Source of the DNA: Pseudomonadota bacterium
GTDB lineage: Bacteria > Pseudomonadota > Alphaproteobacteria > SP197
Direction: 5' to 3'
NCBI GenBank assembly: GCA_039028155.1
Contig: JBCCIS010000008.1
Location: forward strand, 73,004-137,003
DNA length: 64,000 nucleotides
The notes beneath the pieces are model-generated. The model worked only from the letters and a program-made list of their open reading frames with translations. It did no database searches and was not told the origin of the DNA. A program made the translations under genes and the position numbers. How positions within the stretch are numbered: the first letter of the stretch is position 1; every line of letters starts with the position of its first letter. Shown in pieces: positions 52,048 through 62,131 of this stretch.

Positions 52048-52929
52048 ATGACTGACCTTCGTCGCGTCGCCCGGCAGGTTGCCAAGGAGGCCTTTTGTGC
52101 TTCGCTTGAAGGCCTCTCTTTTGTCGATCGAAGCCTGCGTTACGATAGCGACTTCGAATGGCTGATCATTCTGACGATGCCGAACAGTGGGTCGACCGCG
52201 CTGGCTCGGCTCCTCATGACGGCGAACTCCACCATCGCGTTGACGGAGCAGTGTGAAGGCGAGTGGTTGATCCCGTCGATGTCCAATCTGCGTCATCGCT
52301 GGGATGAGGATTTGCGACTTTCCATGTCGCGCGTACGCGCCAGATGGATGTGGCGGTTGCGCGCGATGAAGACGGGTTCACCGAAACTGGTCATCGAGAA
52401 GTCGCCACCGAACATGGTGCGGATCGACCGTATTCGCGCGGCTCTCGCCCCCATGGCGGCGCACACGGTTGTCTTGGTACGCGACCCCTATGCAGTCTGC
52501 GAAAGCTGGCATCGGCGCTACGGTAGAGAGCAGCTCTCAAGAACCTCGTTGACCGCCCTGCAGCATGTCGACAGTGAACGTGACTACTTCAGGCTTCTGG
52601 GGGAATGCTGGGTCCAGCGTGGCACCTACCTCGTCGAACAGTTGCCAAAGGCGTTGAGCGTCGTGCGCTATGAAGAGCTTGTGATGGATCCCGGTGCCGT
52701 CACAGCGGAACTGGCAAAGAAAATACCCATGCTGTCCGATGTGCAAAGTAACGCAGAGGTCCGCGTCAAAGACTATGCCGCGCAGGCATTAACGGACATG
52801 AACAGTCAGCAGATTGACGCGCTTACCACCGAACAGATTGATGCTATTACGTGTGGACTTGAGCGCGGAATCGACACGGTAAAGGCGCTCGGCTACACAT
52901 TGCGGCACGAGAGGTCCGCGCGTCCTTAA
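52048..52929 (+). CDS. Sulfotransferase family protein
   Basis: 5'-PSB-like P-loop LTMPNSGSTALARLL and 3'-PB-like VLVRDPYAVCESW; ATG 52048 chosen over 52000. Confidence 0.6.
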   Translation: MTDLRRVARQVAKEAFCASLEGLSFVDRSLRYDSDFEWLIILTMPNSGSTALARLLMTANSTIALTEQCEGEWLIPSMSNLRHRWDEDLRLSMSRVRARWMWRLRAMKTGSPKLVIEKSPPNMVRIDRIRAALAPMAAHTVVLVRDPYAVCESWHRRYGREQLSRTSLTALQHVDSERDYFRLLGECWVQRGTYLVEQLPKALSVVRYEELVMDPGAVTAELAKKIPMLSDVQSNAEVRVKDYAAQALTDMNSQQIDALTTEQIDAITCGLERGIDTVKALGYTLRHERSARP

Positions 52930-53055
52930 CCGTCGGGTCGCCATGTCATACCGCATGACGGATACACGGTGCCTTCGTTGGGTGTGTGCGGATCTGACCG
53001 AGAACGTCCGCGTTCACCCACCGCGTCATGCGCTGTTTCGGAGACAACGCATTTT

Positions 53056-54246
53056 ATGATTGAGAATGCCTCCGCAGCGGCTGCGTCAGGTCGCAAGACC
53101 GTTGTCATGGTGAGCTTGGGCATGCCGCCTGAAATCTATGGCGGCGCTGAGCAACAGTGCTTGCGGCTATCTCGATCGCTTGTCGAGCGAGGGCGTGATG
53201 TCATCATCCTGACAGCGAGCCATTCCCAAGAGCATGCCGAAGATGACGTCATCGATGGCGTCCGGGTTATTCGATTCCCGACCCGACATTCACCCGACCA
53301 CGGCGGACGGCACATTCTGAGCACGGTCAAATGGACCACCGCGGTTTACGGGTGGCTGCGTCGACACCGCCGACAGATTGGTGTCGTCCACGTTCACCAA
53401 GGCAAGCTTCATGTCTTGCCCGCCCTCCTTGCCCAGGCGTGGTTAGGATTACCTTTTATCATGAAAGTCGGCAGCGCCGAGGAGCAGTTCGACTATCTGC
53501 GCATGACAAGAAAATCGGGCGGCTACGGGCCGCTCGTGCTCAAGCAAGTCATCAAGCGGTGCAGCCGACATGTCGCAATAAGCTCCAGAATTGTCGATCA
53601 GATGCGCCAGATCGGCGTGCCCTCTGACCGCATTCGTCGCATTCCCAATGGTATCGATATCGAACAATTTCCGTTTGACTCATCGCGTCATGCCGGCGAG
53701 GACAAGACGTTCGTCTTCATGGGCCGGCTGGTCGATGAAAAGCAGCCTTTGATGATGTTGCGGTGTTTCGCCGACATTCTCCAAGCAGGCGGCCGCCATC
53801 AACTGATTGTCATCGGCGATGGGCCGCTTCTCGAGACCATGGCGTCATTCGTGCGCGATAGCGGCCTTGTCGAAGGGGTCCAACTGGTGGGCCGTCTCGA
53901 CGATGTCAGGCCGGTCTTGTCGAAGGCCCATTTTTTCCTTCTCCCGTCCAAGAACGAGGGCATGTCCAACGCCCTGTTGGAAGCCATGAGCCTTGGCCTG
54001 GTCCCCATCGCCAGCGCCGTCAGCGGCAGCACCGATATCGTCCGCCATGATGACAACGGGTATCTGTTCGACCGGGACGACGAGGCCACCTTTACCGCTT
54101 GCTTGCGAACCGCGGCGAGCATGTCCGACGCCCACTGGCGGACCATGCGCGAGGCCGCACGCTTGACCATCGTTGGCGAACATGTGATGGCCGACATTGC
54201 AGGAACTTATGTTGACCTATACCAATCCTTAGGTCACGAACGCTGA
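53056..54246 (+). CDS. Glycosyltransferase family 4
   Basis: N-terminal GGAEQQCLRLSRSLVERGRDVIILT and a C-terminal GT4 domain. Confidence 0.8.
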   Translation: MIENASAAAASGRKTVVMVSLGMPPEIYGGAEQQCLRLSRSLVERGRDVIILTASHSQEHAEDDVIDGVRVIRFPTRHSPDHGGRHILSTVKWTTAVYGWLRRHRRQIGVVHVHQGKLHVLPALLAQAWLGLPFIMKVGSAEEQFDYLRMTRKSGGYGPLVLKQVIKRCSRHVAISSRIVDQMRQIGVPSDRIRRIPNGIDIEQFPFDSSRHAGEDKTFVFMGRLVDEKQPLMMLRCFADILQAGGRHQLIVIGDGPLLETMASFVRDSGLVEGVQLVGRLDDVRPVLSKAHFFLLPSKNEGMSNALLEAMSLGLVPIASAVSGSTDIVRHDDNGYLFDRDDEATFTACLRTAASMSDAHWRTMREAARLTIVGEHVMADIAGTYVDLYQSLGHER

Positions 54247-54357
54247 GGACGAAGCTTTGCGGGTCGCCATGTCGGGCGAAGTGATGGTGACGGCCCTGCC
54301 GAGCGTAAGCTCCTCTCTTGTTTTATGACTTGTCTCAAAGGTTAAGGCCGTTCCTGT

Positions 54358-55323
54358 ATGAGTACCTTAAGGTCACGGGCGATGGTTGACGCTGGCGGTA
54401 AAGAAAAAATCGATAACGATGTGCCATTGGTGAGCATTGGCCTGCCGGTTTTTAATGGCGAAAACTATCTTCGCCAGTCCATTCAATCTATCCTCGACCA
54501 GACATTTCAAGACTTTGAGTTGATTGTCTCTGACAATTGTTCGACTGACGGAACCGAAGACATTTGCCGTGAGTTTGCCGCCAAGTCGGACAAGATCCGC
54601 TACTACAGGCAGACCGAGAACGTTGGCGCCTCCGCCAACTTTGATTTCACCTACCTTCAGGCCAAAGGCAAGTACTTCAAGTGGCAAGGACATGACGACT
54701 ATGCCTATCCAGAGTTTCTGGAGAAGTGCCTTGATCGCCTATTGAAAGAACCGGACGCCATTCTCTGCCAATCACACGTTGCGGTTGTCGATTCCCATGA
54801 CGAGCTCATCGAGGTCGAGGCCCATGAGACCCGTGGAACCAACAGTGACGATCCGATCAAACGATTCGCAGGCCGGCTGAGCAACCCGCGGTGCACGGAG
54901 ATCTTTGCCGTGTTTCCGACCGAGGTTCTTAGAGACACCGAGCGCCTGGGCGCGTTCGCCAGCAGCGACCGCTGCCTCTTGTCGCAGCTCGCGCTGAAAG
55001 GCCGGTTTTTGGACGTTCCCGAGGTGCTCTTTGCCTTTCGCATTCACCCCGAGCAGTTTTCGTCACAAGTCATGCGTCGCGGCAACTTCATGTACTGGTT
55101 CGACCCGAACCGCGCGGAATGGCCGACCATGCGCCACTGGACGCATTTTCTGCGATGCATTCGCTATCTAAGCTCGGAAGACCTTAGTTTTTGGAACCGC
55201 GTGCGCGGGTTTGGCGCGCTGTTTCGTGCTCAGATCAAGCCGAAGAGTTTGCGCGCCTACTTCCGCGAGAGTGGCCGCATGGCAAAGTACGGCGCTCGCA
55301 GGCTACTGGCCAAACTGACATAG
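54358..55323 (+). CDS. Glycosyltransferase family 2
   Basis: VSIGLPVFNGENYLRQSIQSILDQTFQDFELIVSDNCSTDGTEDI; notably lower GC (about 50%). Confidence 0.8.
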   Translation: MSTLRSRAMVDAGGKEKIDNDVPLVSIGLPVFNGENYLRQSIQSILDQTFQDFELIVSDNCSTDGTEDICREFAAKSDKIRYYRQTENVGASANFDFTYLQAKGKYFKWQGHDDYAYPEFLEKCLDRLLKEPDAILCQSHVAVVDSHDELIEVEAHETRGTNSDDPIKRFAGRLSNPRCTEIFAVFPTEVLRDTERLGAFASSDRCLLSQLALKGRFLDVPEVLFAFRIHPEQFSSQVMRRGNFMYWFDPNRAEWPTMRHWTHFLRCIRYLSSEDLSFWNRVRGFGALFRAQIKPKSLRAYFRESGRMAKYGARRLLAKLT

Positions 55324-55345
55324 GTCTGGACCTTAAGCCCGTCAG

Positions 55346-56281
55346 TCAGACGAACCACTTCTTCCAGTTCAGCGGTGAACGCGCCGGGTACTGAGGTTGA
55401 TAGCCCTCATGAACCAGGCAATCGCGCGCGACCGATTCAAAGTCGTCTATCTCGTTGGGTGTCAGGCTGGTTTGCCACGCGGTGATGCGGTCGGCCTGGG
55501 GCGCCTTGTTGACGTTGCTGTGCAGCTCAGGCCGGTATCTGTCGGCAATCTCGTACGTGCGCGGCATGTCGGACTGCTGGGTCGGTTTGACGTCAAGGAA
55601 CTCGGCGACCTCGGCCATCGTACGCTCGGTCTCGCGAATGAGCGTCTCGTAGTTCAAAATCAGGACGCCGCGATGGTCGAGCTCCAATTCGCGCAACAAG
55701 GTTGTTGTCTGGACCCATCGTTTGGCTGCGATCTTGGGGTCGTTGGCCATCGGTCTGCCGTTGCGCGATGCGATCGCCCTCTTCTTTGAATGAAACACGG
55801 CGCGGCCGTCTCTGATCAGCCCGATAAACTTGGCCGACGGGAACATCCTGAGGATTTCGCGGTAATCGTGAACGTACTTACCGTTCTTGATGCCGTAGCG
55901 GAAGTTGCTGGGTACGAGCTGGGCGCGATAGTAGTCCAGAATGATACGAACCGCGTCGGCCAGCGTTAGTGGCGCATGGTTGGACAACAGGCCCCGCAAG
56001 ACCGGGTAGGTGACCTTGAGGTCGGCGAACTTTCTGTCCGACGTAATGGTCATCGCCAGAGAGTCGAGTTGTGCCTCGGTCTCGAACGTGATGAACCCGA
56101 AATTCTCAAGCGTATCGGTAATGAAGTTCGTCTCAGGCGTGATGACGACCTGAAATCGCTTCGACAGCTCGTTCGCAAGGAACGTGGAACCCGACCGTGA
56201 GTCATAGAGGATGAAGAACGGATCCTCTTCACTCTTCGTTTCGACGCTTGTGACAACCTGACTAACCATCAACTCTTCCAC
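55346..56281 (-). CDS. Sulfotransferase family protein
   Basis: YDSRSGSTFLANEL (PAPS 5'-phosphosulfate-binding-like P-loop) and LIRDGRAVFHS (3'-PB-like RDPR motif). Confidence 0.6.
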   Translation of the reverse strand: MEELMVSQVVTSVETKSEEDPFFILYDSRSGSTFLANELSKRFQVVITPETNFITDTLENFGFITFETEAQLDSLAMTITSDRKFADLKVTYPVLRGLLSNHAPLTLADAVRIILDYYRAQLVPSNFRYGIKNGKYVHDYREILRMFPSAKFIGLIRDGRAVFHSKKRAIASRNGRPMANDPKIAAKRWVQTTTLLRELELDHRGVLILNYETLIRETERTMAEVAEFLDVKPTQQSDMPRTYEIADRYRPELHSNVNKAPQADRITAWQTSLTPNEIDDFESVARDCLVHEGYQPQYPARSPLNWKKWFV

Positions 56282-56941
56282 TTATTGGACGACCGTCCAT
56301 CCCTACGAACCAGCCTTACGATCCCATCCTTTCGTTCTACGCGATGCCGATCAGCGGCTGTAGAGAGGGCAATTGCAGTCAACGTTTCCCATTTGTCGGT
56401 CAAGGCAGTCGCTTGGTCGAATTGTTCGGTGCAATGACAAATCCGGCAAGGGCCTGGACTCCGATGAACTTGACGCTGTCATCACGTCGACGAACCGCAG
56501 GCGCGGCCAATTGACCGCGCGCATCGCCGATAACGAACATTGGTTCTTATGCACTCTAACACCGCGAACACTACCGCCAAAAAACCGCGTTTCAGCGAGG
56601 CTACCCTGATACCCCTTATGGATATCATACCAATTTAGAGGTATAGATCGCCACCCTGAAATGCAGAATTTCTGGGCCTTGTGTGGAGAGGACACTGCGA
56701 GAGGACGTTGCTGTCGGCGATTTCTGTTGGTTTTTCGCTCTGCCGGGTGTTTTTGGGTTCCCAAGACAACCTTTTGCCTACAAAAGCGGCCATATGGTGA
56801 CCCGGTCGCCCATCTTGTGCGGCCTGCGTGGTTTTTTGAGTCGACAGTGTTTGGAACGGAGCGCGTGGCGCCGCAAAGTCGGTAAGCCCGGGCGTTGCCG
56901 GCGATGTGGTTTCGAGACGACCTGCTAGGCGGACCGTGGGA

Positions 56942-57652
56942 ATGACTAAACAGACGACCCAGCTATCCTATGAGCGGCAGACCTATCGCAGCGTCAACCC
57001 GTTGGCGCGGTTCGCGCACGGCTCGCGGTTCGGCTTGTCGCAATCGCTTGCCTCCGGGAATCTGCCGTCGGGCGCGACGCTTATCGACTATGGCGCCGGC
57101 GACGGGCGCTTCCTTAGAGACCTCTCGCAGATGCGATCGGATGCCGAGCTCTATGGGCTGGAGCCCTATATGAAGCCGCCTGCCGACGGTGATCGGGGCT
57201 TTACGCGTCTAACGGCTCTGGAACAGGCGCAAGGGCGTGAGTACGGCGTGATCACATGTTTCGAAGTGCTGGAACATCTGGAGCCTGCCGACACCGATAT
57301 CTTTGTCGATTTTGTCCAGCAGTCTCTCGCACCGGATGGTTACCTCATTGTCAGCGTTCCAATCATGTACGGACCCGTCCTGGTTCCCAAAGCGCTGAAC
57401 GCGAAGTACGTCAAGAAGAGCGATTGGAGCTATTCGCTGACGGAGTTGATCCGGGGCGTCCTTGCGCGGCCTGTAGAGCGTGACCCGGGAAACCTCTACC
57501 TCAATCACAAGGGTTACGATTGGCGCAAGACGCGCGATCGGTTGAACATGCATTTTGAGGAGGCGGAATGCCGGTTCAGCCCGTTCTCGTCGTTGTGGTG
57601 GGGGTTCAACAGCCAGTGGTTCGGCGTCTTCCGGAAGCCGCGCGCGCAATGA
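56942..57652 (+). CDS. Class I SAM-dependent methyltransferase
   Basis: Motif I LIDYGAGDGRF; post I LYGLEP; VITCFEVLEHLEP. Confidence 0.75.
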   Translation: MTKQTTQLSYERQTYRSVNPLARFAHGSRFGLSQSLASGNLPSGATLIDYGAGDGRFLRDLSQMRSDAELYGLEPYMKPPADGDRGFTRLTALEQAQGREYGVITCFEVLEHLEPADTDIFVDFVQQSLAPDGYLIVSVPIMYGPVLVPKALNAKYVKKSDWSYSLTELIRGVLARPVERDPGNLYLNHKGYDWRKTRDRLNMHFEEAECRFSPFSSLWWGFNSQWFGVFRKPRAQ

Positions 57653-57668
57653 TCGTGCGGACGGCTTC

Positions 57669-58532
57669 GTGACTCAAAATGAGACCGTCGGCGACCATGC
57701 CGAAACCGTCGCTAACGACAGCGGGCGTGCACCGCGCGCGCGCGTTGACCGTGCCATTCTGCTCAACTGTTTCGGGCGCGGCGGATCAAGCATCGCCTGG
57801 AACATGATCGGCAGTTCGCCCGACGTCCTGATGCCAGCAAGCGAGTGGCATCATGGCTTTTATGGGCGTTGGCAGATTGTTGGCCGATCGCTCAGACGTG
57901 TCGTTCGCGCCACGCAAGCCGACGTCCCTGCATTGGCGCCTCTGTCGGGCCTTCTCTACAAACGCGCATGCGCTTCCGTGCCGGCGACCGAACGAGACGC
58001 CAAACCTGGCGCGTCGTCGGTCGTTTTGAAGGTCATGGACCATCACATTGCCATGAACCCGACCCTCGCGACGAGTTTCCCCAGCACGAGCCAGGTCGTT
58101 CTTGTTCGCCATCCGTTGGCCCAGTGCGAGAGCTTGCTGCGCCACGGGCTCGATATAGGCCAGGCGACTGCTTGGTATGTCGACGTGATGCGGCGGATGA
58201 TCAGGCTGGCCGAGACACCGGGTACGATCGTCTGTCGTTTTGACAACCTCGTGCGCGATCCCTTTGCCGAACGCGATTTCCTTTACGACAAACTCGGGCT
58301 GACAAGACCGCAACCGGATGGGTTCGCGCTGAAGCGCAAAAAGTTTGGCGCGGAGCGCACAACCGACGTCAAGGTTGCCGCCGGCGACTATGTCGACGTC
58401 ACGCCTGGTAATGTTGCCGAGCTCATCGACAAGGATGTCAATGAACGTTCGATTGCCAGGCTTTCTGACAGCAACAAGGAGCATGTGTGGAAAGCAACCG
58501 ATGAGGTAGCATCTTACTTCGGCTACAATTAA
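57669..58532 (+). CDS. Sulfotransferase-like protein (paralog of 52048-52929)
   Basis: LLNCFGRGGSSIAWNMI P-loop and VLVRHPLAQCESL resemble the 52048 gene motifs; GTG start inferred and uncertain; the ORF extends upstream into the methyltransferase gene. Confidence 0.45.
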   Translation: MTQNETVGDHAETVANDSGRAPRARVDRAILLNCFGRGGSSIAWNMIGSSPDVLMPASEWHHGFYGRWQIVGRSLRRVVRATQADVPALAPLSGLLYKRACASVPATERDAKPGASSVVLKVMDHHIAMNPTLATSFPSTSQVVLVRHPLAQCESLLRHGLDIGQATAWYVDVMRRMIRLAETPGTIVCRFDNLVRDPFAERDFLYDKLGLTRPQPDGFALKRKKFGAERTTDVKVAAGDYVDVTPGNVAELIDKDVNERSIARLSDSNKEHVWKATDEVASYFGYN

Positions 58533-58773
58533 GAATTGACACCCGTGCGATGAACCGTAGAGTTTAAGGTCCGATGTGACCGTATGCGACCATGCTTCTG
58601 CCGATGATGTGTGCACAACGAGGCGGCAGGCTGAAACATGGGATCGGCGTTTTGATGGCGCCATGTTTGGAACAGTAGTCGCCCGATGGTTCTGTAGAAA
58701 CGCAACTCTCGCTTTCTCGCGCACACCTCTATGAGGCGCTCAACGTCTTCATTGATCACCGGCCCTTCGATCG

Positions 58774-59751
58774 TTGGAACAGATTCGACCAATCTTTATC
58801 TTTTCTCTGCCGCGAAGCGGGTCGACGTTGCTACAGCGGATTCTCGCCGCCCACGACCGCATCGAGACAACGACGGAACCCTGGTTGCTTCTGCCGCAGT
58901 TTTACGTCTTCAGGCCCGAACGCGCAGCGTCGGAATACGGTCATCGCCTGTGCAGCACGGCTATTGGTGAGTTTGTCGCCGGGCTGCCGGATGGCGAGGC
59001 GTCCTACCGTCGTGCGATAAACTCATTTGCCTCGCAGCTCTATCGTGAAGCAGCTGGCCCGAGCGCTCGATACTTTGTCGACAAGACACCTATCTACAGC
59101 CTTGTCGTTAGCGAGATCATGGAGACGTTTCCGGAGGCCAAATTTCTGTTTCTGTGGCGCAATCCCCTCGCCATTGTCTCATCGCTCATCACGACATACG
59201 GGCGTGATCGCTTCAATATCGTGCGGTTCAAACTGGAACTCTTCAATGGCCTTGACAATCTTCTTCAGGCCAATCGGAGCCATGAAGGAACGTCGTTTGC
59301 GCTGCGTTTCGAGGACTTGACTGAACGGCCGAGCGTTGTCTTGCCGAGAGTCTTCGAGTTCCTTGAATTGCCTTATGACGAGTCTGTTCAGCAAGAGTTT
59401 TCGCGTGTTTCGTTAGACGGGGTGCACGGCGACCACACGGGCAGCGTTCGATACGACAAACTCTCGACGGAACCTCTCGACAAGTGGAAGAACGTTCTGA
59501 CGAACAAGCTGAGAAAGCGGTGGTCAGCGCGTTATCTCAGATGGATGGGTGAAGATAGGCTCTGCGCGATGGGTTATGAGCTCAATGAGCTGATGCAAGA
59601 CCTGGAGAATGTGCCGGGTAGTCGAGATCACCTTGCCGCCGATGCCTACACCTACGCGAAACAGACGTTCTTTGCGTTGCTGCAATGGCAGCTCATCAGG
59701 ACGCGCTACCACCTGCGACGCAAGGGATTGCCCCTGGTCACCTACGACTGA
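58774..59751 (+). CDS. Sulfotransferase family protein
   Basis: FIFSLPRSGSTLLQRIL P-loop and LFLWRNPLAIVSS 3'-PB-like motif; TTG start. Confidence 0.65.
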   Translation: MEQIRPIFIFSLPRSGSTLLQRILAAHDRIETTTEPWLLLPQFYVFRPERAASEYGHRLCSTAIGEFVAGLPDGEASYRRAINSFASQLYREAAGPSARYFVDKTPIYSLVVSEIMETFPEAKFLFLWRNPLAIVSSLITTYGRDRFNIVRFKLELFNGLDNLLQANRSHEGTSFALRFEDLTERPSVVLPRVFEFLELPYDESVQQEFSRVSLDGVHGDHTGSVRYDKLSTEPLDKWKNVLTNKLRKRWSARYLRWMGEDRLCAMGYELNELMQDLENVPGSRDHLAADAYTYAKQTFFALLQWQLIRTRYHLRRKGLPLVTYD

Positions 59752-59773
59752 TTTGTCTGGTCTGGCGAGCCGG

Positions 59774-61069
59774 TCAGGACGAAAACAAGCGGTCTTGTTC
59801 GGCGCGCAACCGGACCATCAGACTGTTGTCGTCGAGGGTGACGTCGTCATAGGTGATGGCACTGTCTTGTGAGACATCACGCGTCAGAACCGCGCCTTCG
59901 ACGAGACCGAAGGGTAAGAGCCGGTCGCGGCGAACGATGTCGTGGTTCTCGCACAGCCCGTAGGACATGTAGCCGCCAAGCCCGTCGAGCGTTTCGCCAC
60001 GCTTCAGGTCGCGCTTGGCAATGGCGATAACATCGACCACCGGCGCGCCGCGTGGGGCGATGATGACATCGTTGGCAAGCGCGACGCGCGCCGCGGAAAG
60101 AGGCACCTCGAAGACCATCAGATGGTAGGGGACATAGAAACTGTACAACGGCCCCTCGCCAAGTTTGGCGTAGTTCAGATAGTGGCGTTGCATATCGTCT
60201 TGGGCTTCGGCGAAAACGTAAACACCGGGACTGGGCTCGGCGCCGAGCACGTAGTCGACTATGCCGCCCAACTCCCGGACACGGTCGATGTCGTAGTGGC
60301 CGATCAGCTCGTCGACATGGCCTTTCAGCTCCGGGCCAATCATGCCCCGTTGGGCAACGCGCATGCCCGTCGCGTTGCCGACAATGGCCTGCTCGAACGC
60401 GATCTTGGTGCCGTCGGCGAAGCTTGTCACCATATGCGGCGTTTGATTCCACTGCTTGGCGAACTTCGCCTGCGTCGTTGGGTTGCGATAGTGGTCCAGC
60501 AAGCCCTTGATGTTGCCGCAAACCAGAGGCCGCAGGCCGATGCTCTGAACGAAGCGATAGAGGTTCATCTGTACGCCCGGCTGATCGCCGTCGCAGCCAG
60601 TCAAGATGACGCCGGTGTCGTCGGCACGCTTCTTGAGTAGCGGTCCGATGGAGCCATCCAGTTCGGCGTTCATCAGCACCATTGACTTGCCGTTCTCGAT
60701 CGCCGTCAGAACAACCTGGGCGCCGTAGGCAATGTGACCGGTCGCCTCGATGAGCACCTCGACCTGACCGGAGGCGCAGACGGCGTCGAGGTTGTCGGTC
60801 AGCGCGGTCTTGCCCATCTCGATGGCGTGGTCGACGGCCACGGCGCTGTTTGCTTCGATGATGTCGGCGGCGTCGACACCGGCGTCTTCCAACGCTTTGC
60901 GGGCGGTCGCAAACGTTCGATTGCACAGCGCCGCGACGCGCATGCCCGGCATGTAACGGACAATCTGATTGATGAAACCACGGCTCATCGAACCGGCACC
61001 TATAACGCCGACTCTCAGCGGATCATGTGCGCGCGCTCTTTCATCTAGCAGCGTATCGACAATAACCAT
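59774..61069 (-). CDS. NAD(P)-binding oxidoreductase, homoserine-dehydrogenase-like with C-terminal SAF domain (COG4091-like)
   Basis: N-terminal Rossmann fold VGVIGAGSMSRGF; homoserine-DH-like central domain; about 100 C-terminal residues compatible with a SAF domain; transcribed after rfbG-rfbF. Confidence 0.5.
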   Translation of the reverse strand: MVIVDTLLDERARAHDPLRVGVIGAGSMSRGFINQIVRYMPGMRVAALCNRTFATARKALEDAGVDAADIIEANSAVAVDHAIEMGKTALTDNLDAVCASGQVEVLIEATGHIAYGAQVVLTAIENGKSMVLMNAELDGSIGPLLKKRADDTGVILTGCDGDQPGVQMNLYRFVQSIGLRPLVCGNIKGLLDHYRNPTTQAKFAKQWNQTPHMVTSFADGTKIAFEQAIVGNATGMRVAQRGMIGPELKGHVDELIGHYDIDRVRELGGIVDYVLGAEPSPGVYVFAEAQDDMQRHYLNYAKLGEGPLYSFYVPYHLMVFEVPLSAARVALANDVIIAPRGAPVVDVIAIAKRDLKRGETLDGLGGYMSYGLCENHDIVRRDRLLPFGLVEGAVLTRDVSQDSAITYDDVTLDDNSLMVRLRAEQDRLFSS

Positions 61070-61154
61070 CTCAGGCTCCGGTCGTGGGAATGGGTGATGG
61101 GGTCCGTTTCGCGTACGGCGTTACGCGGCATCCGACGATTGGGCAGCGAACGGC

Positions 61155-61946
61155 CTAATCACGATGCGACGTCTTTTCTTCCCAAACCTGCCAAGGCGGG
61201 TTCTCTGAAGCCCATTGTTCCTCCAGGACCTTTCTATCTCTCAGCGTATCCATGTTCTGCCAGTAGCCATCATGGACATAGGCCGCGAGCTTGCCGCGTT
61301 GGACGAGATGCTCCATGGGTTCGCGTTCCCACACGGTGTCGTCGCCGTCGATAAGATCAAAGACCTCCGGCTCCAGAACAAAAAATCCGCCGTTGATGTA
61401 AGCGCCGTCGCCGTGTGGCTTTTCACGGAAGTTGACGATCTTCTCGTTTTGAATCTGCAGGGCGCCAAAACGGCCGGGCTGCTGGACCGCGGTCAGCGTC
61501 GCCCATGCGCCCGAGTCCTTGTGAAACTTGATCAGCTTGTTGATGTCGAGATCGCTAACACCGTCGCCATAGGTCAGACAGAACGTTTCATCGCCGACAA
61601 AATCGCGCACGCGTTTCAGCCGGCCGCCGGTCATGGTGTTCAGGCCGGTGTGAACACAAGTGACGGTCCAGTCCTCGCCGGGCTCTGAATGGGCCTCCAG
61701 GGTGTTGTTCTTCAGGTCAAACGTCATATCCGCGTTACGCACAAAGTACTCCGCGAAGTACTGTTTGATCAGATGTCCCTTGTAGCCGCAGCAAACGATG
61801 AACTCGTTGAGACCGTGCGCGGCATAGATCTTCATGATGTGCCACAGGATCGGTTGTTCACCGATGTTGATCAGCGGTTTCGGCATCGTGCCGCTGGCTT
61901 CGGAGATGCGGGTGCCAAAACCGCCAGCTAAGACGACGACCTTCAA
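61155..61946 (-). CDS. rfbF: Glucose-1-phosphate cytidylyltransferase
   Basis: MKVVVLAGGFGTRISE...PKPLINIG N-terminus and full-length similarity to RfbF/DdhA. Confidence 0.9.
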   Translation of the reverse strand: MKVVVLAGGFGTRISEASGTMPKPLINIGEQPILWHIMKIYAAHGLNEFIVCCGYKGHLIKQYFAEYFVRNADMTFDLKNNTLEAHSEPGEDWTVTCVHTGLNTMTGGRLKRVRDFVGDETFCLTYGDGVSDLDINKLIKFHKDSGAWATLTAVQQPGRFGALQIQNEKIVNFREKPHGDGAYINGGFFVLEPEVFDLIDGDDTVWEREPMEHLVQRGKLAAYVHDGYWQNMDTLRDRKVLEEQWASENPPWQVWEEKTSHRD

Positions 61947-62131
61947 CGGCTGGCCCCTTTACAAAAGTTCTGAAAAATCAAATGTCTAACTCTCATGGTT
62001 CGATAGGCGTGATTGTAGCGGGAAAAGACAGCGGCACCATTTCATTTCTTGAGGCAGCGCTGATCGGACAGCGGCATTGCACCGGAGTTCTGCCGGTTTC
62101 GCAGCGTGCCGGTCGTGGTGCTAACCAGTTG

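Noticed and set aside
56351-56764. 137-aa minus-strand ORF in the intergenic region of the polysaccharide locus
   Set aside because: No RBS, no recognizable domain and atypical composition. More likely non-coding regulatory DNA.
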